Shown here piece by piece: positions 1-490 of a stretch of DNA of 490 nucleotides; the first letter of the stretch is position 1; each line of letters begins with the position of its first letter. Made by a program: the position numbers and the translations under genes. Origin of the DNA: Escherichia coli. Its GTDB lineage: Bacteria > Pseudomonadota > Gammaproteobacteria > Enterobacterales > Enterobacteriaceae. The stretch lies in assembly GCF_003334765.1 (NCBI RefSeq), contig NZ_QOWT01000119.1; one strand, 5' to 3'. A model generated the notes under the pieces. It worked only from the letters and a program-made list of their open reading frames with translations, was not told where the DNA came from and searched no databases.

Positions 1-490
1 TGTCCTGAATGCTTTAAGCGTAGCGACTCTGTTCATAGTTGTCGTCGGCGCCGGATACAGCATCTACCCTGCTCAGGGCAGACGCTATGGCTTGTATTTT
101 CCGTCCGCCACTGGTACTGCCGTAACCCGGCTTGTTCACGTAAAATTTTTGCCGAGTCGCTTGCTCCCTTCGCCAGTTCACACCAGCAGTCTTCACAGGC
201 GTTACAAAATTAACAACGTCAACTGGGATTAATAGCTGGAGGTGAGGCTGGAAAACGGGCTGCAACGGCAGTGGGTCTCCGTTGCAGTGCTGATACTCTT
301 CTTCGCAGGCTTATCAATACCCCGGAGACGAAACAGTCAGGCGCGCCTCATGTCGGTATTGATGAGTGGGCGTGGCATCGGGGCCACTGCTGCGGTATGT
401 TAATAGTCAATCCTGATACTCACCGTCCCCTCGTCCTGCTTCCCGGCCGTGATCAGCGTACGCTGGCGACCTGGTTCAGAAAATATCCGG
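1..490 (+). pseudogene. ISL3-family transposase, internal fragment open at both window edges, frame +1, interrupted by a single in-frame TAA at 211-213
   Basis: Frame +1 is open across 1-210 and 214-490, with one stop (TAA, 211-213) and no frameshift needed. Residues match remembered ISL3 transposase motifs in the canonical order. (1) Zinc-finger region, 1-165: CPEC..S..VHS..RR....LP..G....L...VR...CRNPAC.RKIFAE, compared with family pattern CPxCG..S..vHS.Y.R...DLP..G..v.L.l..RRf.C.N..C.r.iFaE. (2) HTH region, about 229-321: GGEAGKRAATAVGLRCSADTLLRRL, compared with lalGGeaGaRla..lG...S.dTllR.l. (3) Start of the DDE_Tnp_ISL3 domain, 355-490: GIDEWAWHRGH..G.L.V.....RPLVLLPGRDQRTLATWFRKYP, compared with GvDEfa.rrGhrY.Tv.vDl...rp.dllpgR....la.wl..hP. 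Similarity continues on both sides of the stop, so I call it a pseudogene rather than two genes. Confidence 0.8.
1..490 (+). mobile_element. Interior of an ISL3-family insertion sequence; element ends, terminal inverted repeats and target-site duplications lie outside the window
   Basis: This follows from the transposase call above. The first residues (the CPEC zinc-finger pair) normally sit a few tens of codons into an ISL3 transposase, so the left IS end should lie upstream of position 1. The DDE domain has only just begun at 355, so most of the catalytic domain lies downstream of 490. No IR-like terminus is visible in the window. Confidence 0.7.
260..287. repeat. Perfect 9-bp inverted repeat (CTGCAACGG / CCGTTGCAG) with a 10-nt spacer; potential stem-loop, function unknown
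   Basis: Read directly from the sequence. Positions 260-268 (ctgcaacgg) are the exact reverse complement of 279-287 (ccgttgcag), with spacer cagtgggtct at 269-278. Six of the nine pairs are G:C. It lies inside the transposase frame (codons for AATAVGLRCS). Its existence is certain; a functional role is not established. Confidence 0.5.

Noticed and set aside
142-150. AAAATTTTT tract (palindromic AAAATTTT) in an otherwise GC-balanced region, which could look like a promoter, UP element or bending element
   Set aside because: It encodes the conserved K-I-F of the zinc-finger-adjacent motif (cgt aaa att ttt = RKIF). No associated -35/-10 hexamers with proper spacing are evident.
211-213. Programmed readthrough, recoding or selenocysteine at the in-frame stop
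   Set aside because: The codon is TAA, not TGA. There is no slippery heptamer or obvious downstream recoding structure immediately after it, and I know of no recoding mechanism in ISL3 elements. A simple nonsense mutation is the more economical explanation.
238-245. Strong Shine-Dalgarno-like GGAGGTGA just after the premature stop, which could suggest re-initiation of an N-terminally truncated transposase
   Set aside because: No in-frame ATG, GTG or TTG follows at the usual 5-10 nt spacing. The next in-frame candidates are GTG at 271-273, which is too far away, and ATG at 397-399. The purine run is explained by the conserved GGEAG codons (gga ggt gag gct gga).
205-245. Locally AT-richer stretch with stop codons in all three forward frames within about 35 bp (TAA 211-213 in frame 1; TAA 230-232 and TAG 233-235 in frame 2; TGA 243-245 in frame 3), resembling a boundary or insertion scar
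   Set aside because: Off-frame stops are expected at this density. Transposase similarity resumes directly after the frame 1 stop (QRQLGLIAGGEAG...), so nothing appears to be inserted or deleted.
14-265. The only ORF on the supplied track: 83 aa on the minus strand (MQPVFQPHLQLLIPVDVV...)
   Set aside because: It lies entirely antisense to a motif-rich ISL3 transposase frame. It starts at TTG (complement of 263-265), and its only SD-like GGAG sits about 11 nt upstream, which is further than usual. I recognise no motif in the protein. Long antisense ORFs opposite moderately GC-rich genes are a common artefact, so this is most likely a shadow ORF, though I cannot formally exclude expression.
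290-421. 9-bp direct repeat CTGATACTC at 290-298 and 413-421, in the same codon phase (both encode Asp-Thr)
   Set aside because: Among roughly 1.2e5 position pairs in 490 bp, about 0.5 exact 9-mer repeats are expected by chance. There is no third copy, no regular spacing and no flanking similarity, so it is not a CRISPR-like or tandem array.
1-490. The possibility that the window holds a novel defence or other undescribed system
   Set aside because: A recognisable ISL3 transposase frame accounts for the full 490 bp. There is no unexplained coding capacity, repeat array or structured-RNA signature beyond the single small hairpin. Claiming novelty would not be supported by the sequence.

Overview
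The whole 490-bp window (about 54% GC by hand count) is the interior of an ISL3-family insertion-sequence transposase gene on the + strand, frame +1. Both ends of the gene run off the window. The supplied ORF track misses it because the frame has no start codon in the window and is broken by one in-frame TAA at 211-213. My frame +1 translation is CPECFKRSDSVHSCRRRRIQHLPCSGQTLWLVFSVRHWYCRNPACSRKIFAESLAPFASSHQQSSQALQN*QRQLGLIAGGEAGKRAATAVGLRCSADTLLRRLINTPETKQSGAPHVGIDEWAWHRGHCCGMLIVNPDTHRPLVLLPGRDQRTLATWFRKYP. It shows the three ISL3 transposase hallmarks in their usual order: an N-terminal zinc finger, a helix-turn-helix region, and the start of the DDE domain. The best reading is a nonsense-inactivated ISL3 transposase, that is, a decaying IS copy. 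The only ORF on the track (minus strand, 14..265) lies entirely antisense to this gene and is most likely a shadow ORF. I see no terminal inverted repeats, RNA genes, CRISPR repeats or convincing promoters or terminators. I find no support for a novel biological system here. The only unexplained structure is a perfect 9-bp inverted repeat at 260-287. All family assignments come from remembered motif patterns, not a database search.
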